59,938 bases of DNA from an uncultured bacterium (GCA_964450125.1 CAYVDO010000002.1:1-59938); one strand, 5' to 3'. Shown: positions 1 to 9,402, counted from the first letter of the stretch. The notes: a model not told the origin generated them from the sequence alone. A program made the numbers and translations.

Positions 1-20
1 CCTACATCTACCTGCCCGCA

Positions 21-1385
21 ATGCAGCACCTCTTCGGCAGCGAAGGGCTCTCCAAAGCCTGGCCCGACTACTTCGAGGCGATGGAGACGTTCTTCTCGGT
101 GCTCGCGGAGCGCGGCTACCTCACGCCGCTCGACGAGAAGACGGTCGAGGCCTTCGAGCGCAATCCCGTCTCCGTGGAAACCCTCGCCGGCTTCCTCGAC
201 CTGGCCAAGCTCTACCGCCGCTCGGAGCTCGAAGCCGAGTTCCAGCGCCTCTCGGCGCGGCTCGCTGCCGAGGCCCGCTGGTCACCGGAGGTGACACGCG
301 TGCTCGAAGAGCTGGGCGCGGTGGAGTCGCCCCCGCCTGTCGCGGCCGCGTCGTTCGAAACGCTCCTCGAGGAAAGCTTCGACTATTCGGCCACCACGCG
401 CCGCCTCGAGGAGATGCGCGACTTCCAATCGGCGCTCGATGCGGCGATCGACCAGGGGCTCGGTATCGCGCCCGAGGCGACCACCCGCAGCACCACCACC
501 CGCGGTCGCACGGCCGTGAGCTCGCCAGCGCCCGCCCCCGTGCCCAAGACCCTCGGTTTCACCGATCTGGTCGACGGCTACCTCTTCGACGGTCGTTACC
601 GCATCGAGCGCAAGCTCGGCGCGGGCGGCATCGGCGCCGTGTTCCTGGCACGAGACGAGAGCCTGGACGAGACCGTCGCCCTCAAGGTGCTGAAGCCGAT
701 GGCCGACGTGAGCGACGACGTCGTCGGCCGTTTCAAGCAAGAGATCAAGATCACCCGCCGCATCGTGCATCCCAACGTGGTGCGCACCTACGACTTCGGG
801 GAATGCGGGTCGCTTCCCTACGTGGCGATGGAGTACGTGGGCGGACGCGACCTGAAGCGCATGCTGCGCGAGGTCGGCCGATTCACGGTTCCCGAGGGTG
901 TGCGCATCGTGCGCGCGGTGTGCGGTGCCCTCGCAGCCGCCCATCGCCTCGACGTGGTCCACCGCGACATCAAGCCGCAGAACATCCTCATCGACGAGAG
1001 CGGCGAGGTGAAGCTCATCGACTTCGGCATCGCCAAGATCAAGGATGCCGTGACCGCGACGCTCACCGAGATGTTCATCGGCACTCCCGAGTACATCTCA
1101 CCCGAGATGGCGCTCGGCAATCCCGTGGACCGGCGCACCGACGTCTACTCGGTGGGCGTGGTCATGTACGAGATGTTCTGCGGAACCACGCCGTTTCGCG
1201 GCGGCACGCTCGTGAGCCTGCTGCAACGGCACGTCTCCGAGCCGCCCAAGCCGCCCCGCGAGCACGTGCCCGAGATTCCCGCGGCGCTCGAAGCCTCGAT
1301 CTTGCGTGCCCTCGCCAAGGATCCCGCCGACCGGCATCCCGACATCGCCGATCTCGACGCCGAGCTCACGTCGCTCGGCGTGTGA
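21..1385 (+). CDS. Hanks-type Ser/Thr protein kinase. The kinase domain is C-terminal and the N-terminal ~190 aa are of unknown function. The frame is open to the window edge, so the start may lie upstream.
   Basis: ORF 21..1385. Motifs: GAGGIGAVF...VALKVL, HRDIKPQNIL, DFGIAK, GTPEYISPE. Confidence 0.9.
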   Translation: MQHLFGSEGLSKAWPDYFEAMETFFSVLAERGYLTPLDEKTVEAFERNPVSVETLAGFLDLAKLYRRSELEAEFQRLSARLAAEARWSPEVTRVLEELGAVESPPPVAAASFETLLEESFDYSATTRRLEEMRDFQSALDAAIDQGLGIAPEATTRSTTTRGRTAVSSPAPAPVPKTLGFTDLVDGYLFDGRYRIERKLGAGGIGAVFLARDESLDETVALKVLKPMADVSDDVVGRFKQEIKITRRIVHPNVVRTYDFGECGSLPYVAMEYVGGRDLKRMLREVGRFTVPEGVRIVRAVCGALAAAHRLDVVHRDIKPQNILIDESGEVKLIDFGIAKIKDAVTATLTEMFIGTPEYISPEMALGNPVDRRTDVYSVGVVMYEMFCGTTPFRGGTLVSLLQRHVSEPPKPPREHVPEIPAALEASILRALAKDPADRHPDIADLDAELTSLGV

Positions 1386-2529
1386 CCGTTGCCGCGAGCG
1401 CTTCCAGCTCGGCCACCAGCGCACCCCACGCGCCATCGCCCCGCGCGGCGCGGATGTTCGCCTCGAAGCGCGGCCCGAGCCCCTCGCGTACGAAGCGTAC
1501 GATGGCGTCGGCAAGCGCAGCCGGATCGCCAGGCTCCACCAACAGCCCATTGATCCCGTCCTCGACCGCATCCGGCAGCCCACCCACGCGCGAAACGATC
1601 ACCGGCCGTCCCACGCCGAACGCCAATGGCACCACCGCGCTCTGCGTGGCACGCCGATAGGGAAGCACCACGACGGTCGCTGCGCGCAGCAGCGCGATCA
1701 TCACCTCGTCGGGCAGATAGCGGGGCACGATCGTCACCGCATCCGCGATTCCGAGCCGCGCGATCCGCTCGCGGTAGCCCCTCTCGCTCTGCCAGAACTC
1801 GCCGGCGATCACGAGGTGCACGCGCTCGCGCGCCAGCACCCGCGGCAGCGCGTCGAGAAGAACGTCGAGCCCCTTGTAACGCCGCACGAAGCCGCAGAAG
1901 AGCAGGATCGGCCGATCCTCCGGAAGCGCCGTGGGCAACGGTGCGGGCGCGGTCACGCCCAGCTCACCGAACACCGGCATCGGGGCGTGGCGGACCTCGA
2001 CGGCCGGGAACACCATCCGCAGCCGCTCGGCCTCGCTGCGCGCGTGAACCACGAATCCGTCGGCCTTGCCGAGTGCCACGCGCAGTGCCAGCCCGTCGGC
2101 GTATTTTCCCAGCCGCGTTCGGTCGTGAGGACGCGTGTTGTGGCAGATGCAGAGCAGCGTCGGGCGCGGTCGCATGCGCCGAATCGCTCGCCCCAGATAC
2201 GCCCACGCAGGTGCCCACACCGGGATCCACCACGGCAACACCACCCACTCGGGCTGGAACTCGTGGATACGGCGCGCAGCCCGAACCCAGCTCCGCGGAT
2301 CGAGGGGGCTCAGTAGGTACTCGGCCGGTGAGCGCAGCGGCTGATCCGACGGATCGCGGTCCGTACCACTCGGCAGCGCCCAGCGCGGGTACTGACGCGC
2401 GAACGACACGAGCTGAAGCGCGTGGCGACGCTCGAGCTCGCGCGCGAGCAGCGTGGTGTGGTGCGCGATCCCCCCACGGAACGGGTGGGTCGGACCGATC
2501 AACGAGACACGCGCGCGAGATCCGACCAT
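1366..2529 (-). CDS. Glycosyltransferase family 4 (GT-B fold)
   Basis: The C-terminal 387 aa of ORF 1366..3588 starts at MVGSRARVSLIGPTHPFRGGIAHHTTLLARELERR, with an in-frame ATG at 2529. Typical GT4 C-terminal region (LLFCGFVRRYKGLDVLL ... RVGGLPDAVEDGINGLLVEPGD). The upstream part of the long ORF is Arg-rich, out-of-frame-looking sequence. Confidence 0.85.
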   Translation of the reverse strand: MVGSRARVSLIGPTHPFRGGIAHHTTLLARELERRHALQLVSFARQYPRWALPSGTDRDPSDQPLRSPAEYLLSPLDPRSWVRAARRIHEFQPEWVVLPWWIPVWAPAWAYLGRAIRRMRPRPTLLCICHNTRPHDRTRLGKYADGLALRVALGKADGFVVHARSEAERLRMVFPAVEVRHAPMPVFGELGVTAPAPLPTALPEDRPILLFCGFVRRYKGLDVLLDALPRVLARERVHLVIAGEFWQSERGYRERIARLGIADAVTIVPRYLPDEVMIALLRAATVVVLPYRRATQSAVVPLAFGVGRPVIVSRVGGLPDAVEDGINGLLVEPGDPAALADAIVRFVREGLGPRFEANIRAARGDGAWGALVAELEALAATVTRRAT

Positions 2530-2664
2530 GGGGAAAAGCACGCACGGCACCGAATCCCATCGTGGGCGCCGTACGGGGGCGCCGAGCATAGCCGGTCGCC
2601 CGTCGCGACGCCTCCAGGCTGCGGGTCGGAGCCCACGCCGGGGTGGAATCCCGACGTGGGCTTC

Positions 2665-2709
2665 GAGGAGCCTGTCGGAAAATGTGCTTCGCACGCCGAC
2701 AGGCTCCTC
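2665..2709. other. Perfect 14-bp inverted repeat (gaggagcctgtcgg / ccgacaggctcctc) with a 17-nt loop, directly left of repeat copy A
   Basis: Read directly from the sequence. It shares the gcctgtcg string with the left flanks of repeat copies B and C. Confidence 0.5.
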
Positions 2710-2725
2710 GCTTGATGCTCCCCCG

Positions 2726-2827
2726 CGGGTCTGTTCCAGACCCCCGCCCCGAAAAAGGCGTGACTTTTTCGGGGCCCCACCCCCAAGTCGGCTCGGCTTC
2801 GCTCGCCGATCCTCGCCTTCGGCGAGG
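2726..2827 (+). repeat. Three-hairpin dispersed repeat, copy A
   Basis: H1 gggtctg-ttc-cagaccc (2727-2743). H2 ccccgaaaaa-N8-tttttcgggg (2747-2774). Then the ccccacccccaag motif, and H3 cctcgcc-ttc-ggcgagg (2811-2827). Near-identical core to copy B. Confidence 0.7.
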
Positions 2828-2869
2828 CTAGGAGCGTGTCGGGAACGAATTTCCCGACACACTCCTAGG
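2828..2869 (-). terminator. Stem-loop about 30 nt downstream of the ComEA-like stop codon; possible terminator, but no clear U-tract
   Basis: ctaggagcgtgtcgggaa-cgaa-tttcccgacacactcctagg, a near-perfect inverted repeat. Confidence 0.35.
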
Positions 2870-2900
2870 CAGCTCCGCGCGGAGGATCGCGAGCGCGGGA

Positions 2901-3224
2901 TCACTTCTTCGCGGGCGTCACCGTCACCATCGACTCGAGCCGCTTGGCGAGGTTGTCGGAGATGCCCTTGATCTCGGCGATCTCGGCCGTGGTGGAGAAG
3001 CCGCCCTTCTCGGTGCGGTACTTCACGATCGCCTCGGCGCGCGACGGCCCGATCCCCGGCAACGCTTCCAGGTCGGCGACGCTGGCGTGGTTGAGATCGA
3101 CCAATCCGGTCTTCGCGACCGGCGCGGGCTGAGTTGCCGGCGACGCGGCGAAGCTGGGAAGCGCCGTCAACACGACGGCGGTGACAGCGAGCGTGGCGAG
3201 CGTGCGAGCGACGAAGCGATTCAT
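2901..3224 (-). CDS. ComEA-like helix-hairpin-helix DNA-binding protein with signal peptide
   Basis: ORF 2901..3248, with likely start at the internal MNRFVARTLATLAVTAVVL (ATG at 3224). HhH motif DLNHASVADLEALPGIGPSRAEAIVKYR. Confidence 0.8.
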   Translation of the reverse strand: MNRFVARTLATLAVTAVVLTALPSFAASPATQPAPVAKTGLVDLNHASVADLEALPGIGPSRAEAIVKYRTEKGGFSTTAEIAEIKGISDNLAKRLESMVTVTPAKK

Positions 3225-3541
3225 GAGTGGACCTCGTGGCGAGGGCACCGCGGCGTGCGGCGCCTCGGGTTGGGGATCGTTCGGCTCGGCAGCGCATCCC
3301 GCTGCCTGGCGCCGACCGCTCCCTCACGTCGATGGCTGCCGCCCAGCGCAACCGCCGTGCCGAGCGTGCCCGGCCGCACGCGCCGCCCACACGCAGGCGC
3401 TTTGTCCTCGAAATCTCAGGCCTCTCGCGAGTGCGACCACGCGATGCCTCGGCCGAGCCTCGCCCCGCCGAGCAAGTCACCGCGTCCGGCGAGGCGCACC
3501 GTCTGCGTCGCCGCGGGCGCACCCCATGCGCCGACGGCTCT

Positions 3542-3617
3542 CGCCGCATTCGCGGCGGGCTTCGGGGTGGGTCCCCGGCAGGATTCACTCCGGACGAGGC
3601 GCGGTCTTGGAAAGACC
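3542..3617 (-). repeat. Three-hairpin dispersed repeat, copy F (more degenerate)
   Basis: On the + strand: cgccgc-attc-gcggcg (3542-3557), ggggtggg (3564-3571), a ggattcactcc loop as in copy D, and ggtctt-gga-aagacc (3603-3617). It lies 10 nt downstream of the polyprenyl synthase stop, in sense orientation. Confidence 0.55.
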
Positions 3618-3627
3618 CCGTGGCAAC

Positions 3628-4602
3628 TCAGAATCCGCGGCTCGACGCGAAGCGTGCGAGCCGCTCGAGCGCTCGCCGCCCTTCGCCACGGGGCAGCACC
3701 GAGAGCCGACCCAGCGCCAACTCGACGCACCGCTGCGCCCGATCGTGGGCGTAGTGAAAGCCGTCGTAACGCTGGATGAGCTTGACCATCGTGGCGAGCT
3801 CGCGTGCCCCGCGCCGCTCGCCGGCGAGCAGGCCGCGGATCCGCTCCCCGTCACCCGGTGAGGCGAGCCCGAGCGCGGCAATGACCGGCAAGGTGTACTT
3901 GCCGTCGCGGAAGTCGGCGCCGCGCTTGGCGGCAAAACGCGCATCGTCGGCGACGTAGTCGAGCACGTCGTCGGCGAGTTGGAACGCCATGCCGAGGTCG
4001 AGCCCGAACGCGTGCAGCGCGAGCTGCACGTCGTCGGGTGCGTTCGCCGCCACCGCCGGTGCCCACGCACAAGCGCCGAAGAGCGCTGCGGTCTTCTTGC
4101 GGATGATGTCGAGGTACTCGTCCTCGGTCTCGGTGGGGCTGTAGGACTCGGCGAGCTGATGCACCTCGCCCTCGGCCATGGCGTTGGTGGCCTCGGCGAT
4201 CATGCGCACCAGCCGTGCATCGCCCATCCGCGCCAGCAACACGGACGACAGGCTGTAGAGGTAGTCGCCCACCAGCACGCTCGCGGCGTTGCCGAACACG
4301 CGGTTCGCCGAGGGGCGGCCGCGCCGCACGGTGCCCTCGTCCACGACGTCGTCGTGGAGCAGCGTGGCGGTGTGGATCATCTCCACGACCACGCCCAGCG
4401 TCACCACGTTGGGGCCGCGAAGACCGACGGCGCGGGCGCTCAGGAACACGAGCGCGGGGCGAATGCGCTTGCCGCCGCCGCCCAAGAGATACCGGCCGAC
4501 CTCGGGGATGAGCCGGACGTCGTTCAAGACCACGCGCTCGAGCTCTTGCTCGAGTGCCAGGATCGGTCGCCGAATCGAGGGAAACGCGTCGTCGAATTTC
4601 AC
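3628..4602 (-). CDS. Polyprenyl diphosphate synthase (IspB-like, long-chain trans-prenyltransferase)
   Basis: ORF 3628..4809 with DDxxD motifs (LLHDDVVDEG and FQLADDVLDY). Proposed GTG start at 4602 (VKFDDAFPSIRRPI) gives about 324 aa and avoids overlap with the divergent gene at 4676. Confidence 0.9.
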   Translation of the reverse strand: MKFDDAFPSIRRPILALEQELERVVLNDVRLIPEVGRYLLGGGGKRIRPALVFLSARAVGLRGPNVVTLGVVVEMIHTATLLHDDVVDEGTVRRGRPSANRVFGNAASVLVGDYLYSLSSVLLARMGDARLVRMIAEATNAMAEGEVHQLAESYSPTETEDEYLDIIRKKTAALFGACAWAPAVAANAPDDVQLALHAFGLDLGMAFQLADDVLDYVADDARFAAKRGADFRDGKYTLPVIAALGLASPGDGERIRGLLAGERRGARELATMVKLIQRYDGFHYAHDRAQRCVELALGRLSVLPRGEGRRALERLARFASSRGF

Positions 4603-4675
4603 GGGGCGCGAAGGATAGCAGGGCCGCGAACCCGCCAGCGCGCATCGTCGCTCGCACTCGGCGTATGCTCGGCGA

Positions 4676-5158
4676 GTGAGCACGCGGCGCTGGCAGCTCC
4701 CGATCCTCGGCCTCGTGGTTGCGATGGTGCCGTGGCACGCGCCCGCACATGCCCACGGCGTGCCGCCGCGCTTCGCGGCGGTGATGGCTGAGATCGGCCA
4801 TCGCTTCACGAACCTGGGCGAGGCGCTGAAAGCGAAGAACGAGGACCTCGCTCGCTACCAGGCGCGCCAGGTAGCCGATCTCTTCGAACGGGACCTGGCG
4901 CTCGCCACCCCACCACGCCCGCTCTTCGGCATGGAGCTCGAGCCGCTCAGGCGCAGCTTCCTCGAGGGCCCCTTTGCGACGCTACGCAACAGCGTCGAGG
5001 CCCACGACGTGGCCGCCGCAACTCGCGCTTTCGAAGCCACCGTGGTGGCCTGCAACGAGTGTCACCGCACCACCGGCATCGCGTTCGTGGTCGTCCCCGG
5101 GCTGGGGACGTCGCCGCGCACCACGAAGTCGAAAGTCAGGACCTCGCCGCCGCGCTGA
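4676..5158 (+). CDS. Secreted class II (cytochrome c'-like) four-helix c-type cytochrome
   Basis: Signal peptide MSTRRWQLPILGLVVAMVPWHAPAHA. Single C-terminal CxxCH (ACNECH). The last ~30 codons overlap the convergent gene, so the true end is uncertain. Confidence 0.6.
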   Translation: MSTRRWQLPILGLVVAMVPWHAPAHAHGVPPRFAAVMAEIGHRFTNLGEALKAKNEDLARYQARQVADLFERDLALATPPRPLFGMELEPLRRSFLEGPFATLRNSVEAHDVAAATRAFEATVVACNECHRTTGIAFVVVPGLGTSPRTTKSKVRTSPPR

Positions 5159-6339
5159 AGCTGCGCCCATCCGCGGTAGAGCCCCGCTGCCGGAAGCCGC
5201 GCCAGGAACTCGATCTCCCCGCCTGCGGGTCTGCTGCTCGTCTCGTCGGGATGGGCGTGGACGAAGGCACCGCCGCCTTCCCCCACCATCATCAGATGGC
5301 CGTAGGCGCCGAGATACGGCTCGAGATCCTGGATCGGGCGACCGCCGGGGTCGGTCGCTCGCGCCCGCAGCCGCACGGTCCGTCCCGCCGGCAGCGGATC
5401 TTCGGGTAGCATCCACTCGAGCGTGACCCCGCCTCGCGTCTGGCGCAGCCTACGATCGCCACGATACGCGGCGGCGAGGTCGAAGCGCGGGACCTCCGCC
5501 CCCTCCACCCACAGCCGGGTGGCCGCCACCTGCGATCCCGCTCCGCGGGGCGCGGCATCGGCGAAGATCACGTAGGCGCCGCCCGTGGGAAACGTGAACG
5601 GCAACGTGAATCGCCCGCCTTCGCCGATCTCGGGATGCTCGTGGGCGAAGGTGCCAAGATCGTCGCGAAGCACGAAGAAATGCAGCAGCCGCTCGTGGCT
5701 CACGTCGAACTCCGCGACGCGCTCGCCGTCGCCGACCACGCGCAAGCTGCCGTCGGGTAGCGCTTCGCGGCGCTCGCGGTTCCGGAACATCTCGATCGCG
5801 AGCGTCGTGGGCTGACCGGCGCGCGGCGGCTTGGCGGCCGATTCGACGCGCAGCTTGTAGCGCGGCGTCGCTGCGCGCGCCGAACGCCGCCCGGGAGGCG
5901 GAGCATCCGCCACCTCGAACGCGAGCTCGGTCTCGAATCCCTGCGTGGCGCGCGGGGTCATCGTCGGCGGTTGCTCCGCCGGCGGCAGGAGCTGAACGCG
6001 CATGCGGTACTCACCACCGTGGGCGAACGTCGGATGGACGCCGTACTCACCGGCCACCCCCTCGGCATGCGCAAGCTCACGAAAGCTCGGCATCCCCGGC
6101 ATGCTCGGCATGTCGATGGTGCATTGGATGCGCGCGTAGCGGACTGGCACGAGCGTCTCGCGCCCGCCCTCGGCTGAGCGCGCGGCGAGCTGGAACTCGA
6201 TCTGCATCTCGTCGCCGGCGTAGAGGCCCTCTTCCGGCAGGCGCAACGTGACCTCGTAGGGAGGCGGCGGCGCGGGATGGGGACGACATCCGGCGACCAA
6301 CGCCCCGCACGCAACGACGACGGCGATCCGGGAGATCAC
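5062..6339 (-). CDS. Lipoprotein with repeated Ig-like (FixH/YtkA-like) domains and His-rich putative metal sites
   Basis: ORF 5062..6453. Lipobox VVACGALVAGC. Proposed GTG start at 6339. Motifs FAHEHPEIG and FVHAHPDE. The family assignment is by eye only. Confidence 0.55.
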   Translation of the reverse strand: MISRIAVVVACGALVAGCRPHPAPPPPYEVTLRLPEEGLYAGDEMQIEFQLAARSAEGGRETLVPVRYARIQCTIDMPSMPGMPSFRELAHAEGVAGEYGVHPTFAHGGEYRMRVQLLPPAEQPPTMTPRATQGFETELAFEVADAPPPGRRSARAATPRYKLRVESAAKPPRAGQPTTLAIEMFRNRERREALPDGSLRVVGDGERVAEFDVSHERLLHFFVLRDDLGTFAHEHPEIGEGGRFTLPFTFPTGGAYVIFADAAPRGAGSQVAATRLWVEGAEVPRFDLAAAYRGDRRLRQTRGGVTLEWMLPEDPLPAGRTVRLRARATDPGGRPIQDLEPYLGAYGHLMMVGEGGGAFVHAHPDETSSRPAGGEIEFLARLPAAGLYRGWAQLQRGGEVLTFDFVVRGDVPSPGTTTNAMPVVR

Positions 6340-6517
6340 AATCCGCCTCCACCACGACGATCGGGAGCCGTCGTTGTGCTCGGCAGAGCCGTGAACGTCA
6401 ACGCGCGCGGGATTCCCGCCCGACGTCACCGCGACGAATTGCCACGTTGCCATCGTCGATTCGCGAAGCTAGCCCTCCATCGAAGGATTCCCATCCACGG
6501 CGGGAGGGCAGACGCCG

Positions 6518-8014
6518 ATGAAGCTCACCCACACGCTGGACTCACCCCTCGACGACGACCAGCCGACGTCGGCGACACGGTCCGAGCTCACCGGCTGGCT
6601 CGCAACCACGGCGCCGAGCCGACTCGCCCGCCGCCACCTGCTGCTCGCGCTCGGCTTCGGGCTCGTGGGCGGACTTGCTGCCGCCGCGATCCAACGCGAG
6701 TGGCTGACGCCGCGCCTCGACGCCTTCGAGGCCCGCACGTTCGGGGCGCTGCTCTCGCTCCACGGGACGTTCGGGATCTATTTCCTGATGGTCCCGCTCG
6801 TCGCGGCGGTGATCGGCCACACCCTGCTACTCGAGGCGCTGGGTGTTCGGAGCGTCGTCTTCCCGCGTCTGGCGCGCAGCTCCTGGCAACTCCTCGCAGC
6901 CGGAGGCGCGGTGGTGCTCGCTGGCTTCGTCAGTGGCGGAACCGAGAGCGGCTGGATGTTCGACGGCGAGCTGGGCTGGGGCTTTACAGCACCTGGCGTG
7001 GCCACGGCCGCACTCGGAGTGTTGATCGGCGTGCTCGGGATCTCGATGCTCGCGACCAGCCAAGTGGCGACGATCGTGCGATGGCGGCGTACAACACCGC
7101 GCGAATACGCCACACCGGACATCGCCACCGCGTTCCTGTTGGCGGCGCTGAGCGCGCTGGTCGCGTGCGCCTGCCTGGCGGCGCTGGTATGCGTGGTGCT
7201 TCTCGATGCCCTCCTCGGCCTCAGCCTCTTCGACGCGACGAGCGGCGGCGATCCCGAGCTCTTCACGCGCGGCTTCCAGGTCGCGGTCTCGGCACTTGCG
7301 AGCATCGTGCTGCTCGGCTCCTTGGGAACGGTGTCGAGCGTTCTCGGCGCACGGAGTGACGAAGCGAGCGGCGTGCGGACGACGGCGACGCTTTGGATCC
7401 TCGCCTTCACCGGGCTCTTCGCGTGGGTCGGTCCCACCTCCTCCCCGCCGGCGGAGCCGGGCAGCACGGCGGTGCAAGCGGTGCTGAGCGCGCTGGCGTT
7501 CGCCAGCGCCACGGCGATTCTCGTGGGCTTCGTGCGGCGGCTGTGGCGCCGTCCGCCAGCACTCGACGCAGCGGGCATCTACGCGATCGCGTACCTGCCC
7601 ACGCTGGCACTCGGCCTGGCGACGAGCCTGCTCGTGGCCGTGCCGGCGACGCGCGTGATGGCGTCGCGCACGGTGCTCGCCACCACACATCTTCACTGGA
7701 TGATGTTCGCGGCGCCGCTGCTCGCGTTCCTCGCCGGCCTGCATCGGGCCTGGCCGAGTCTGGTGCGCCGCCGCGTTGCGGAGGCGTGGGCGCGGGTCGG
7801 CGCGGCGCTCGTGATCGGCGGCCTCTACGCGACCTTCCTGCCGCTCTTCGTGGTCGGCTTCGCCGGTCAACCGTTCCGAGCCAACACCTATGCAGGCGAG
7901 CTCCAGATTCCGCACGTGTTCTCGGCGGCGGGCACCACGATTCTCATGGCCGGCACGGTACTCATGGGGGTGGCGCTCGTCGCCGGACGGCGCGTGGAGA
8001 CCGAGCGCGCCTGA
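6518..8014 (+). CDS. Heme-copper oxidase subunit I-like polytopic membrane protein, apparently lacking CuB ligands
   Basis: By eye it aligns to CoxI landmarks: WLATT..RLARRHLLL, LSLHGTFGIYFLMVP...VVFPRLARSSWQLL, GGDPELF, HLHWMMF. GHPEVY and HHMF equivalents were not found. Confidence 0.6.
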   Translation: MKLTHTLDSPLDDDQPTSATRSELTGWLATTAPSRLARRHLLLALGFGLVGGLAAAAIQREWLTPRLDAFEARTFGALLSLHGTFGIYFLMVPLVAAVIGHTLLLEALGVRSVVFPRLARSSWQLLAAGGAVVLAGFVSGGTESGWMFDGELGWGFTAPGVATAALGVLIGVLGISMLATSQVATIVRWRRTTPREYATPDIATAFLLAALSALVACACLAALVCVVLLDALLGLSLFDATSGGDPELFTRGFQVAVSALASIVLLGSLGTVSSVLGARSDEASGVRTTATLWILAFTGLFAWVGPTSSPPAEPGSTAVQAVLSALAFASATAILVGFVRRLWRRPPALDAAGIYAIAYLPTLALGLATSLLVAVPATRVMASRTVLATTHLHWMMFAAPLLAFLAGLHRAWPSLVRRRVAEAWARVGAALVIGGLYATFLPLFVVGFAGQPFRANTYAGELQIPHVFSAAGTTILMAGTVLMGVALVAGRRVETERA

Positions 8015-8036
8015 GCGGCGCGCGGCACGCGCGCCG

Positions 8037-8303
8037 TCACGCGGCGAGCTTGCGCGCTTCCGCGATCACGCCCCTGCAGGCTTCTGCGCAGCGCTTGCAG
8101 ATCTCGTGCTCGGCTTCGTGCTTGCGGCAAGCGGCCTCACAGTCGCCGCACACATCGTCACAACGCGCCGCGAACGCAGCGAGACGCTCCCCTTTCGCCG
8201 TCGCCATCGGCGCCGCGGCGGAGCCGATCGCCACCATCCGACGCACCTCGCGGGCGCAGTCGGCGATCGTCCTCTCGCCCTTCGCCAGCCGGGCGGCGAG
8301 CAA
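8037..8303 (-). CDS. Cys-rich four-helix-bundle (DUF326-like) metal-binding protein; start uncertain
   Basis: The C-terminus of ORF 8037..8579 is RCDDVCGDCEAACRKHEAEHEICKRCAEACRGV. Candidate TTG start at 8303. An alternative is the in-frame internal ATG at the MVAIGSAAAP residues. Confidence 0.5.
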   Translation of the reverse strand: MLAARLAKGERTIADCAREVRRMVAIGSAAAPMATAKGERLAAFAARCDDVCGDCEAACRKHEAEHEICKRCAEACRGVIAEARKLAA

Positions 8304-8327
8304 GACGTGTTCTCGGTGGAGTGAGTC

Positions 8328-8898
8328 ATGACCTCGCCGCACGCCGTCGGACACTCGTTGGCCGTGGCGGCGCTCCTCGGCCTCGGGGCGGCATGTGGTG
8401 ACTTCGCCGCAACGCGTTCCTCCTCCTCGTCGTTCGACTGGCAGCTTCCGCCCGGGTTCCCGACCCCCGTCGTCCCCGACGACAACCCGATGACCGATGC
8501 CAAGGTGGAGCTCGGGCGAAAGCTCTTCTTCGACACGCGGCTCTCCCGCAACGGCGCGCAGACCTGCGGCTCCTGCCACAAGCAGGAGCTGGCGTTCACC
8601 GACGGGCTCGCCACCTCACTGGGCTCGACCGGCGAGGCGCATCCGCAGAGTTCTCCGTCGATCGCCAACGCCGCCTATCGCTCGGCGCTCACCTGGGCGA
8701 ACCCACTGCTCACGAGCTTCAAGCACCAAGCGCTCGTTCCCATGTTCGGCGAACGACCCGTGGAGCTCGGATTCGTGGGCGGCGAGGACGAGCTGGGCGC
8801 GCGCCTCCAGCGAGAAGGCCGATCTGATCGCGTTCCTCGAGTCGCTCACCGATCCCGAGCTCACCACCGATCCGCGCTTCGCCGACCCGATTCGCTGA
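8328..8898 (+). pseudogene. Di-heme cytochrome c peroxidase (MbnH/MXAN_0977-like) with a large internal deletion and frameshift
   Basis: The N-terminal ~160 aa are intact (FDWQLPPGFPTPVVPDDNPMT..LGRKLFFDTRLS..CGSCH..LTWANPLL..FGERPVELG). After about 8810 the family's C-terminal end (EKADLIAFLESLTDPELTTDPRFADPIR) appears in a different frame. The second heme-binding domain is missing. Confidence 0.7.
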
Positions 8899-8919
8899 AC
8901 GGGTAGGCGAGCACGCGGC

Positions 8920-9402
8920 TCACGAAAGCCCGCGCAGCTCTTCGTCGAGGAGAGCGGCGAGCAAGTCGTCGCGAGACGAAGGAGCCTGCTCGCCAGACGC
9001 ACTCGATTCGACGGCAGCGCGTGAGGGTTTGGCCAAGCAGTGAATCACTCCGACGGCGGCAACCAGTCCTCCGAACGTGACCAACGCGGGCATCGCCCAG
9101 CCCCAGGCGCGGCGCGGTCGCCCTTGGATCTCGTCACCGAGGGTTTCGCTCAAGCGCTTCTTCACCGCGCTCGCGGGCGTGCCGGTGGCGAGGGATTCGC
9201 GGATCTCGCGCCGCACCTCGCGGGCGTAGGGACTCGGGCAATCGGCGAGGGTGCGCCCGGGGCAGAACGGGCTCATCAGGTCGTAGGCCACCCGGTACGC
9301 CTCGCGGTCGAGCTCCTCGTTTGGCACCGCGGCACCCAGGGTCACGAACGCCAGCCCAGCCACCACCATCGCCCGTGCCCGTCCCCGCATGCCGATCTTC
9401 AT
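8920..9402 (-). CDS. CcmH/NrfF-like membrane-anchored protein with an atypical Cys motif
   Basis: Internal start MKIGMRGRARAMVVAGLAFV (ATG at 9402). CcmH-like segment MSPFCPGRTLADCPSPYAREVRREIRESLATG, then a TM helix. Confidence 0.55.
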   Translation of the reverse strand: MKIGMRGRARAMVVAGLAFVTLGAAVPNEELDREAYRVAYDLMSPFCPGRTLADCPSPYAREVRREIRESLATGTPASAVKKRLSETLGDEIQGRPRRAWGWAMPALVTFGGLVAAVGVIHCLAKPSRAAVESSASGEQAPSSRDDLLAALLDEELRGLS

